Shown here piece by piece: positions 1 to 10,032 of a DNA stretch of 64,000 nt. Position 1 is the first letter of the stretch. Each line of letters starts with the position of its first letter. Under the pieces are notes generated by a model that ran no database searches, was not told the origin of the DNA, and saw only the letters and a program-made list of their open reading frames with translations. Location: contig QPMI01000047.1 in assembly GCA_004431415.1 (NCBI GenBank), forward strand, positions 1-64,000, in the 5' to 3' direction. The translations under genes were made by a program, and so were the position numbers. Source of the stretch: Cyanophora paradoxa CCMP329. Its lineage: Eukaryota > Plantae > Glaucophyta.

Positions 1-368
1 GAGCTCGAGCGAGTCAGAGGAAGAGGAAGCCACGTCCCCGTCCTCCGAGTCGGAGGAAGAAGAGGAGGAAGAGGAAGAGGAGCCGGAGCCTAAGCCGAAG
101 GCAAGGGCAAGGGGAAGGGAAAGGGAAAGGCAAAGGAAACGCGCCCGATACCGGCGTGGACGAGCTCGAGACGCCCGTCGTTGAGATTCCGAAGCGATAC
201 GTGCTGGTTCAGGGCGAGGACGGCATATTCCAGCAGCAGAAGAGCATATCCGATTACATCAAGCTCTCGGCCACCAAAGAAGTTCAGATGCTCCCATCGC
301 TGCTCGATAAATCATACCACGAGCCCGCGACCCTCTGGAGCATCCACAGCGAAATCGAGTACGAATAA
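1..368 (+). CDS. Viral hypothetical protein, acidic/basic low-complexity (5'-truncated, frameshift near 150)
   Basis: Frame 2 reads SSSESEEEEATSPSSESEEEEEEEEEEPEPKPKARARG, then shifts into ORF 156..368 ending in TAA. Confidence 0.55.
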   Translation, partial: ARASQRKRKPRPRPPSRRKKRRKRKRSRSLSRRQGQGEGKGKGKGNAPDTGVDELETPVVEIPKRYVLVQGEDGIFQQQKSISDYIKLSATKEVQMLPSLLDKSYHEPATLWSIHSEIEYE

Positions 369-429
369 ACTCCCCGAGGAGCGACTGCGCGCCAACCGCG
401 CACGTACCAGAGCGCGCAGAAATCGCCGC

Positions 430-962
430 CAATCTGCTACCGCTGCCTTCGCCTCATGTACGAAGCCACGCCCGTGCCGAGCGCCAAGGGGGCCAACACG
501 CCAGAGAAAATCGCCGCGAGGGAGGCAGCGCAGGCGAGGAAGGATGCCGTGTACGAAGAGTACGTCGCGGTCATAGAGAAGGCAAAGCGTGGGCGGCCAA
601 GCAAAACGGCAAGGGAAAGAAAAAGGGCCAGGAGCCGTACCCCTCATCAAGGACAAGAACCGGCGCAGGTGCCCACGGTGTCGCCCAGAAACTCGTGGCT
701 CTGCCAGAAGTGCGTCACGCTGCTCGGCAACAAGGGCCTGCTCGTGATCTTGGGCCTGCAGAGGCGAAAGAGGGCGACACGGCCACCGTCTCCAAGCAGA
801 CGCGCGACCACATGGTCGAGAGCGTGCTCGGCGGGCCGAAGCCAAAGACCACGAAAAAGGCAAAGGATACGGCCGCTGACTTCGATCGTCCGTCATCGAG
901 CCCAACTCTGCGCAGTCGAAAATCAGAAAGGCGAAATCGTGGCGCCGAGCATGGAAGATTAA
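430..962 (+). CDS. Viral hypothetical protein with CxxC pairs (possible Zn-binding), frameshifted
   Basis: ICYRC at ~432, CPRC at ~670 and CQKC at ~702 in alternating frames. Stop TAA overlaps the next ATG (TAATG at 960-964). True start uncertain. Confidence 0.45.
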
Positions 963-1980
963 TGGCAACCTTCGCGGACGCGCAAGAGGTAAAGCAGAAC
1001 ATAGAGAAGGCGAAAACGGGACTGCAGGCGGCGCAGGCAAACGGGCTGGAGGCGCTCGAGAAGGTGATCACGGAAATCAGCGAGACGGGGCGGTCGGTCT
1101 TCATCCTCAACAAAAAGAATCCCGACGGAAGCACGCGGTACGACATACGACAGGCGCGCCAGTCGCGCTACTGGGTGCTCTTCAACACCCACAAGCGCCT
1201 GGGAGAGGCGCGAGAATTCGAGGCGGCGGCGCTGCGCGACAGCCTCGCAGAGGTGCTCTCGGATGCAGAATTCTACAAGTTCATACGCTTCAATATGAAG
1301 GAAGAGAACGGCAAGTACAAGGACGACACGTACGCCAACGCAATCATCGGAATTCGCGTGCAAGGGGGCGTGGAGGTGGGGCCGACGGACGGCGCGCTGC
1401 ACGCCCACGTGCTGGTGACGATCGATCACATATCGAATTTGCAGGTGCTGTGGGCGAATTACGACTGGTGGTGCTGCTGAAGGAGAAGGAGCGAGCACCA
1501 CGACGGTGTACGAGCGGCTGCACCAAATTCTGTCCGCGAAATTCACGGCGGCGGGGCAGCGCCTCGTAGACCAGAAGAGGGCAGAGGCAGGGCCTCAACC
1601 GAGCATCGATACGATGGTGGAAATCGCAGAGCTCGAGCGCATGCTGACGGAAGAGAAGATAGGCATGGGAAAGATCCGCCCACCGTCCTTGCGTCGCTGA
1701 TCCCAGAGGAAAATTACGCGAGCAAGCTGCAGGAGTACCTCTCAAAGACGCTGCCCGACAAGCAGAGGCGCGATTTACTGAAAGAGTGGTCGCACGCGCG
1801 AAACACGAACAACACCGACAACAACACGGACGGGTACCTCTTCACGATTTTCCAGGCGGACGCCGGCCAGGCGGACGATCCCCGCTTCGCGCCGCAGGCC
1901 GCGGAAATCGGCGACCTGAGGGCCAGGGGCCGAGGGCGCGGCAAAGGCAAGGGGCGCGGAAGGGAAGGGGTAGCGGATAA
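962..1980 (+). CDS. HUH-superfamily (rolling-circle Rep-type) endonuclease, frameshifted
   Basis: Motif I-like YWVLFNT. Motif II EVGPTDGALHAHVLV (HAH at 1400-1408). After frameshifts near 1480 and 1700, motif III QEYLSK (YxxK, TAC at 1736). Basic RG-rich tail. Confidence 0.8.
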
Positions 1981-2001
1981 TAAATCTGACGGGCCGCGAA
2001 A

Positions 2002-2373
2002 ATGTTCCAGGGGGAATGCACCCACTCGGACATCATCACCGTCGTCTGCGGCGCGCTCTTCCTGGTCTCGGAGCTGCTGGGCGGCACGGAGCGCGTCGGC
2101 CCCAACACAGTGCTGGGCGCCCTGAAGGCGGCGGCCCTTAGGGTCGTCCGCCGCGGACAGCCCGAGCCCGAACCCCCACCGGAGCAGCAGAGGCGCGAGA
2201 GCACGCAGAACATAGGGCCGCACCACGTCGACATTCAGATGACGCAAACCGGTACCCGTTTTTTTCTAGAGAACATGGGAAATGGAGACTCCCGCGACAC
2301 CAGCCCCCAGCGCAGAGGCTCCAGCGCCCAGCAACTCCAGCAGCAGCACCGCGGCCTACCCTTGGCTTCTTAG
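2002..2373 (+). CDS. Small viral membrane protein (true stop may be near 2242)
   Basis: Hydrophobic IITVVCGALFLVSELLG..PNTVLGALK segment; preceded by the shared start motif. Confidence 0.55.
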   Translation: MFQGECTHSDIITVVCGALFLVSELLGGTERVGPNTVLGALKAAALRVVRRGQPEPEPPPEQQRRESTQNIGPHHVDIQMTQTGTRFFLENMGNGDSRDTSPQRRGSSAQQLQQQHRGLPLAS

Positions 2374-2632
2374 GACTTACGCGCGAAAGAAGCAGCAGCA
2401 GCCGAAGGCACCGGCGGAAATGGCGGCTGACCTGGATCGGTGCACCCGCCGCGCCATCGCGAGCTACGCCAAGCGCGTCGAGCAGTACCACCCCCAGATG
2501 GCAGAGGACGCCCGGGCGTACGCGAAGAACCCCGCCGCGAGCCCGCCCGTGATGGCCGCCGTCATCGACCGGCTGCAGTGGGCGCTGCACGAGGAGGGAG
2601 AGCGCGTCAGGAATTTCTTCATGCCCAAGTAA
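2282..2632 (+). CDS. Viral hypothetical protein (116 aa)
   Basis: Open ORF preceded by TTTTTCTAG..GGAAATG motif; helical C-terminal half. Confidence 0.6.
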   Translation: METPATPAPSAEAPAPSNSSSSTAAYPWLLRTYARKKQQQPKAPAEMAADLDRCTRRAIASYAKRVEQYHPQMAEDARAYAKNPAASPPVMAAVIDRLQWALHEEGERVRNFFMPK

Positions 2633-2654
2633 ATTTCTGAATGGGCCCTTAACA

Positions 2655-2831
2655 ATGTCGTCCATGCTCCCGAGCCTCGATGATATCACCAGCGATTCCC
2701 GCTACCTGGGCAGCCTGCTGACCCTCGGCGCGGTCGCCTACATGTCGCCCGCGCGCTACTACCTCGTGCGGATCCTCGCCGCGCAGTTCGCGGGCTACTA
2801 CTTCGTGGGCCCTACCTCCTCAACGGCCTGA
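2655..2831 (+). CDS. Small two-TM viral membrane protein (58 aa, below ORF-track cut-off)
   Basis: MSSMLPSLDDITSDSRYLGSLLTLGAVAYMSPARYYLVRILAAQFAGYYFVGP; preceded by AAATTTCTGA..AACAATG motif. Confidence 0.6.
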   Translation: MSSMLPSLDDITSDSRYLGSLLTLGAVAYMSPARYYLVRILAAQFAGYYFVGPTSSTA

Positions 2832-2865
2832 GGAAGGCATAATTTCTCAGGCCCCTTCCTAAATA

Positions 2866-3314
2866 ATGTCCTGCGTCAACCTCTACGTCCAGTCGAACGG
2901 AGAGACGCAGGATTCCGAGGGCTTCTGGCGCCTCAGGCTGAACCAGATCCCCGCCGACATCGACACGCTGCAGATCAAGGGCGTCTACCTGGAGCTGGAC
3001 ACGACCGCGATTCCGGACCCCACCGCCGCGAAAACCGTCAACGTTCTGCTGATGGACGTGCCCGACTTGAACGTCACGACCATCTCGAACGTCAACACGT
3101 GCATCAACAAGGTCGTGATCCCGACGTGGGCCACGACGGCCTCGAGAACACCATCCTCTACTGGTTCGAGGTGCCCATGGCCGTGCGCCCGAACTACGTC
3201 GCGTACGACAAGTTCCAGGAGCTGCGCGTGCGCTTCACCGACATCACGGGCGCCACCAAGAAGAACAACGCCTTCATCGTCAAGAACTTCGGCCTCTGGG
3301 CCTTTGCGAAATAG
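2866..3314 (+). CDS. Probable single-jelly-roll minor capsid (penton-like) protein, one frameshift near 3135
   Basis: Joined ORFs 2866.. and 3099..3314 give ~150 aa: NLYVQS..LRLNQIPADIDTLQIKGVYL..LLMDVPDL..VVIP..KFQELRVRFTDITG. This matches the strand pattern of PLV/NCLDV pentons. Confidence 0.55.
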
Positions 3315-3338
3315 ATTTTCGCAGGCCCCCCTTAAATG
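3314..3338 (+). promoter_or_regulatory. Representative copy of viral start motif TTTC-N~11-AAATG (12 copies, see findings)
   Basis: GATTTTCGCAGGCCCCCCTTAAATG; equivalent motifs precede 11 other viral ATGs on both strands. Confidence 0.75.
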
Positions 3339-3810
3339 CGCCTGATCATATTCCCGCGAAAGGGCTCGGGCGTCAAGACGCGCACCTTTACGGGCGTGCC
3401 TGGCTACCCCTCGCCCCTCACTTACAGAGTCGATCTTGTAACCGCCTCTGGTCCAATTAAATACGGGCTGCTGCACAGCCTCAGTCACATCCGTCTCGGC
3501 GAGAGCGCATGGCAGGACTTGGCCTTAATCGTAGAATTCGAGTACAGGGGGTAGACACGCTAACGGGCGAGCACGTTTACAGGGTACGGGTAGCAAGGGA
3601 GGGGTACTCGCTGCCGAACGGCACGGGCGGGAATACTGGGAGCCGAAAATACGCGACGCCTCCGAGGCCTACCGCTGGCTGCGTGACGAGCAGATCACTA
3701 TCAGGCCCGATTACCCCTACGCCGACGTTTTCTGGCAGGTGCCCGTGGGCCGTTGGACAACGGGCGAGGTGAGCGGCAAGCTGAAGTGGACGTGGGACGC
3801 GGAGCATTAG
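3336..3810 (+). CDS. Viral beta-rich hypothetical (probable structural) protein, frameshifted
   Basis: Three consecutive frame segments from MRLIIFPRK to ..KLKWTWDAEH TAG; start motif upstream. Confidence 0.5.
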
Positions 3811-3835
3811 TTAATTTTTCTCTCTCGCGGATAAA

Positions 3836-6800
3836 ATGTCGATGCTCGACGACCCCTGGCGCATGGCCATCCCGAATCCGGACGAGGTGCTGAACGGCGC
3901 CTTCGCGATAGACGGGAGCCTGAGCGTGAGGGGAATTTACGCGGACGAGATAAGGCTGCGCAAGGGCGCGACCTACAGCGATTTCCTGACGTCCGTCGGT
4001 ACCTTGGACGATTACGGTGACCTCACCGCAATTATCAAGGGCTCTGGGGCGTCACGACCGAGACGGGCGTGGACTGGAACATTATTAAGAGGGCGGCCGA
4101 CGTGAAAATCGCAAACTCCGTTACAGCGAAAGACGCCACCCTGAACCTCGTGAAACTGACTCTAAAGGGCGCAGAGGGGACGTGAGGCCCGGGTACAACG
4201 CACTCGAGCGCATCGCGGGCCCCTGCGCCACATCTACTGGAGCCGCCAGGCGCTGCCGAGCATGGAGCCCGAGCAGTACAGGCGCGACAGGGAGGAGTTT
4301 TTCGCGTGGTTCGACCACTTCAAGGTGAACATCCGCGCCCTGAGCGCCGACAGGACGGGCGAGACGCCGGAGACGACGGGCGGGGCCGCATCCCAACGGC
4401 ACCCGACGTGCTCCCCGATCGCTCAGACTGGGCGAAGACGCAGAACTGGGCGCTGAAGGACCACTTCCACGACGAGAGGTACGCCCTCGTCAAGCACCCG
4501 CATGTGAAGGCCGACATCACGGACTGGGCGCACCGCCACCTGTACGACGACATCATCGGCGGGCCCAAGGTGCCGGGCGCGATTCCGGTGGGGGTACGGG
4601 CGGCGGAAGCACGGGAGGTGGGGGTACAGGCACCGGGGGTGGGGTACAGGCACCGGGGTGGGGTACAGGCACGGGGGGCGGAGGGGGCTCCAGTGGCACG
4701 CCCGTGGGAGGGGGCGGGGTAGCAGCGGCTCGGGTGGCGGCGGCTCGGGCGGAGAGAGCGGCGGAGGGGTACGCTCGTGCCGATCCTTGGTACAACAACG
4801 GGAATCTTCGGCGCGGCCCTGATTGCAGGCGGTGCAAAGTACTACAGGGATCGGAAGGCGTACGAAAGGGACATTGCAGAGCTGCAGAAAGATAACAAAA
4901 CGATCGTTTACTCAGACGAGCAGGTGAGAATACTGGCAGAGGAGCTGAAGACAAGGGAGCGGCAATTTAACGAAATGAGGACAGCGGCCGAGAAAAAGAT
5001 AGCGGACGATTTGAAAGAGGCGAGCGATAGAATTGAGAAATCCCTGGAGGCCGAGGAGAAAGCCGAGATCCGGAAGAGAGAGGCCGATAGGATCGTGGAA
5101 AACGCGATAAGGGAGGCAAAGGAGCAGGCAAGGACCGAGCTGGAGAAACTGGACATGGAAATAGCAAACAAGGTCAACATAGCAAACGAGGTCGAAGAGG
5201 GCACAAAGATGCTGGACGATGAGCGAAAGGCAGCGGAGGAGCAAGCCAGAAAAGCAAAGGAGGATTTAAGGCAGCTCGAACTGCGAGAACAGGAGAGGCA
5301 GAAGGCAGAGGGGCTCGCATCCACCATACGATTCAACCTAGAGCAGCAAGTGAAAACGCTGACGGCCGAGCTGCAGAGGATAGGGACGGCTGTGCCAAGG
5401 GGCACAATGGAGACGCAGACGACGCCAAGGCCCGATCCAAGGCCGGCCGCCGAGAGGCTGCCCTTCGCGCGGCTGGGTAGGAGCGACCAGGTGGAAGAGC
5501 TCATTGGCCTCACGCTCGAGGATCAGAGGGCCCTCTTCGACGCGTTAGAGCAGCGGCGCAGGGCGGACGAGGAGGCAGCTGCCAAGACAGAAGAGGAACG
5601 ACTGAAGGCAATGCAAACTGCATCAGACGAGGAATTTGCACGGCTGGAGGAGCCGAAGGTAGCGGAGCGTAAGCGACGACTGGAGACGTTCAGGGGGCGC
5701 AGATGGATTTTTACCGCTCGGAGCTCAAAAGACTGAAAGAAGGAAATGCATCGGGGGACAGGCTCCGCGCCATGGAAGAGAACATGCGCGACTTTAGCTA
5801 CGTTATGGATCAGCTGACGGGAAGGGGTCAGAAAGACGCCGAAGAACTGAGGAGAAAGATGGCCGATGAGAAGTGGAAAAACTTTGAGCGTCAGGCTGTT
5901 CAGAGGCCCATCAGCGATGCCATCTGGATAGCATACGGCGACGTGGAGGAGATGCACAGAGAACTGCGGACGGAAGCGAGCCTGTGGCGGGGAGCCCTCG
6001 AATGGTCACTGTACCGGATACAAAAGGGGGAGTTTTTGGCAGAGCTGCGAGCCAATCCGAAAACGGTGAGCGCGGGCGCACAGAGCGCGTACCTCTCCAT
6101 GGTCGATTACGTGGGCAAGCTGAGCAAATTTTGGGAAATGCGAAGAGCCATCATTCCAGCGGAGGGGCTCGCGCAGTACGATGCCATGGTGCGCGATCTG
6201 GAGGCCTTCAAACGTGAGCACCCACCCGCCAAATACAAGATTCACATAGATACGACGGCATTCATGGGCGATCTAAGGAAGAGAGGAGACGAGGCCAAGA
6301 GTCAGATCGAGGAGCGCTACAGAAAGGCCCAAGCGGACAAGGAGTACGCAAACAGGGTGATCGAAGAGCGGAAGCAGCAAGCCAAGGAGAACGCGGCGAG
6401 ACGCAACGCCGAGATAGAAGAGCAGAGGCGGAAGATCGCAGAGCGCAAGGCGGCAGAGGAAGAGGCAAGAAAGACCAAGGTAGAGACAGAGTACCAAGCA
6501 TTGAAACGGGAGGCCAATCAAATATTAAAACGAAGGGAAGGGCGTACGCCGATGAGGGCGCGGGCGTCGGCTTGGCCAGCCCAGACGACATCACACTCGC
6601 GGAGAGGGACGACGTTTCCGTGGAGGAGATGCGCCCGGGCACCGCCCGCCTGCCCTCCGAGGGCGTGTTTCAGACGCTCGACAGGCGCGTGATGGGCGAC
6701 TCGGACGTTATTTTGCGCAACGCCCTCATGCCCTACGGCGACTGGAACCGCGCCACCGCCGACGCCCTCGCCGATTTCGACCTCGAGCGATTCACCACCA

Positions 6801-8922
6801 AAGAGCAGCGCGACGCGTACCTGGGGCGCCCGAGGGCAAGGCGGCCCGGGGTGGCCAAGGAGGCCCTCAGCGCCGAGACGCTCTTCTCGGCGGCGGGTAC
6901 GGCGAACAACGACGGCATGTCTTTCGGGGCAGCCGATTTATTTCAGGGGCGGGCATCGACTTGGTGGGCGCCGGGCTCGGGGTACGGGCTCGCGGGCCAT
7001 GCGGCGGGCGGGCGCGGCGGCGGCGGGCCTTGGGCTGGCGACGGCCGGCGGCCTGCTCTCGGCCTACCAGGCGCTCTCGCAGGGCAAGATAGGGGAGGCC
7101 GAGTTCTTCGATACGTTCCGCGATCAGATGATCATGACGGTCGGCTCTTTTGGCCTTCAGACGGGCATGTCGTCCGCCCTGAGCGCCCTCACGAAAATGA
7201 GGATCGGCACGGTGGGCGGACTTGGCCTGTCCATCCTCGCGGGCGCCATCGCGCAGGTGATCGTGGATATCATCAACGGGCGCAGCGCGGAAGAAATCGT
7301 GAAGAACTTTTTCAAGTACCCCGTCGACTGGGCGACCGACACCATACAGTTCATCGCGGAGCTCTCGCAACAGATCTACGACTGGGCGTCGAGACGTGGG
7401 CGACGAGGCGAGCCAGCTGCGCAACCGAATTAATCGGCTGGAGGGCGAGCTGGGCTCCGGATTTTTGGGTGTGTACGACCCCTCGGAGGCGCGCGAAATG
7501 GCCTCGCTCTTGGCCCAGGAGCTGCGGTTAAACGAAATCAAGGAGCCGAAGGAGCTGCAGGCCTTCATTCGCGCGCTCGACAACAGCATCAACGATTACC
7601 GTACCCCAAGGACCAGAAGACCCTGCTCGAAATCGATCGCGCGACCGTGCTCTTCCTCTCCCAGCTCACCGTTAAAATGCAGGAGGGCTTCGGGTCGACT
7701 TCGCTCGCCCTGAGTCGACTTATGCGCGACCTGAAGCAGATGATAAAGGAGGAGACCAAGGGCGGAAGCGCGTCTTAATTGCCGTCTACCAGGAGGGCCT
7801 CAACAGGATCAATCACATCGAAGCCCTAAGGCGCGAATTCGGCTCGGCCATCCGTCACTCGGGCGTCTCGTCGAACGGAGGGGCGCAGGTGGCCCGCCTG
7901 GCGGACGCCAACTCGCGCCTCGAGATTCCCGGGACCTTCCGCATGCAGGATTGGTGGGAGGCCGAGGCCTTCAGGAATTACGGGCCTTCATAGACAACGG
8001 GATCAATTCGCAGAGCCCCAAGGCAAACTGGCTGGTACCCAAGGCCTACGTCGATAAATTGGTTGACAGGCCTGCAGCACCATACACCAAGAAGATCGCC
8101 AAAGGCATCGAGTACTGGGCGCCCGAGCCAGGCCAGCCCGTGTTTGCATCGCAGAACTACGAGTGGCACATGGCGCCGGGGCGAGCCAGGCCGTGAGCAC
8201 CGTGGGCGTTGCCGTGCCGCAGCTGGCGACGGTGGCACACACGGGGCGTATGCAGATCTCAGCGGGAGGCCGACGATACCCGTGATACCAACAACGTGGG
8301 CGTGGGATAGCATCACGGGAAGCCGAGTACGTATCCCCACGCAGACCACCAGCACACCATCTCTCAGATCAGCGACTGGACGGCCCGGACTTGACGAACA
8401 TCTCCGTGGATTGGGACAACGTAACGGGCAAGCCACTTACCTTCCCCCCTCTACACACAGTCACAATGTGTACTGGGATAATGTCATCGACCGACCCACT
8501 TCCTTCCCACCCTCTACGCACAGTCACACAGAGTACTCGCTCACCAGCCACGGGCACAGAAACGTGAACATGGATGCGTACATAACGCACGGCACGTCCT
8601 TCCACTCCTACGCTGCGTACACGGAGTTTAACATCAATTCAACATACACGGTGACGTTCAACATTACATTCGGACAGGCGTACGACACTGGAGGCGGACT
8701 GGGGACCCCAGCAAACCCAACGCCGGTTATTAACGTAACCCCTCGTTCGACATCAATCCCGGCGGCAGCACGGATGTCGATTTCTACGGGGCCAACGTCA
8801 CGGCGGTGAGTCACACTGGCTTTACAGTTAAAGTGAGATTCCAACCCAGAATGACGGTCACGCCCACCCAAATTGTCCAGCTTTTTATTCATTGGACCGC
8901 GATCGGCAAGCTGCTTATGTAA
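3836..8922 (+). CDS. Very long virion protein (~1,700 aa): HxH repeats, Gly-rich linker, long coiled coil, hydrophobic helices, tail-fibre HxH repeats, gp53-like C-terminal domain; many frameshifts
   Basis: Chain of overlapping ORFs (3836, 4262, 4306, 4777, 5703, 6572, 6999, 7396, 7951, 8063) with no start motif seen between them. Contains HPHVKADITDW, WDNVIDRPTSFPPSTHSH, FNITFGQAY..PVINVT and ends IHWTAIGKLLM*. Could be two or more genes. Confidence 0.6.
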
Positions 8923-8946
8923 TCGATTTTCTGATGCAATCCAAAA

Positions 8947-10012
8947 ATGTCGGTCGCTGTCCCTCTATTTACCTATGCTGCCAGCGTGAATCACAAGGGC
9001 GATCACACGATTAAGGAGACCACCCTCGGAAACCAGGCCACCGAGGCCCCCTACAACGCCACGGCCGTCCCCTTTTCCGAGGCCGACCTCGTCCGCGTCG
9101 GCGAGCTGCGCTGCGACAAGATGCGCACGCGGGAGGGCGGGTCGGCCGTGCCGGGGCGCGTGAGGACGCAGAGGCTCACCGTCACGAACGGGGCCTGGGA
9201 CGGGAGCGGGTACACCACGAATCAGGTGACCTTTAATGGGACTGTGAACGGGGAGGGGAATGCGGCTCTGTATGTGCAAGGAGGCGGAGCAAACGTGGTG
9301 GGGGGCTTAGGGTGAGCGGGGCTTCAAACTTGGCGGGCATCGTTACATTGGACGATAAGCTGCAAATTACCGGAACGTCACCGTACATAAATGGCGGTGG
9401 TTCAGGCGTAGCTATAAAGTACAACGAAAACGATAGACTCCTCTGTGGGACTCTTGGCGTTGGTGTTACAGGTACTCTATTTACCTCGGCAATCGAAGGC
9501 CCTACTAATGGCCTAAGCATAGCAAACACTTCAATCGTTGATAGCGGAAGCGTCAGCGTCAGCTCTGGTCTATCCTTGAGAAACAACGGCACCGAACGAC
9601 TGCTGTGCGGAACCGTCGGCGTTGGCATCACGGGTCGGCTCATCGTCTCGACGCTCACGGGCGATGGAAACCGAGCCGTTTATTCGGATGCTCAAGGATA
9701 CCTGACAAACTCGTCGAGCGATAGCCGCCTGAAAGAAAATGTCGCGAGCATGTCGGGCATTCTCCCTCTTCTGCTGCAGCTGAATCCCGTGTCGTTCACC
9801 TGGAAGAACACATCCTCGGGGGTTCGAAAACGGATTACGGTCTCATCGCACAGGAAGTCCAAGGCGTCTTCCCGAGTCTCGTTTTCGAGAACGCGGATGG
9901 ATTTCTCGGGGTAAACTACGACAGGCTCATTTCCCTGTCGTTGAAGGCAATTCAGGAACTTTCACAAGAAGTTCAAACTCTCAAAGACCAGGTAGCGGCA
10001 CTGGCGAGCTGA
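8947..10012 (+). CDS. Fibre protein with C-terminal peptidase S74 intramolecular chaperone domain (frameshifts near 9310 and 9820)
   Basis: SSDSRLKENV..LLQLNPVSFTWK, then in the shifted frame YGLIAQEVQGVFPSLV..GVNYDRLISLSLKAIQELSQEVQTLK. This is the canonical S74/ICA signature. Confidence 0.88.
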
Positions 10013-10032
10013 TCTGGAACAACTAGGAATAA

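Noticed and set aside
962-1980. Helitron or CRESS-virus Rep
   Set aside because: No fused PIF1 or SF3 helicase motifs, and the gene sits within a large structural gene block.
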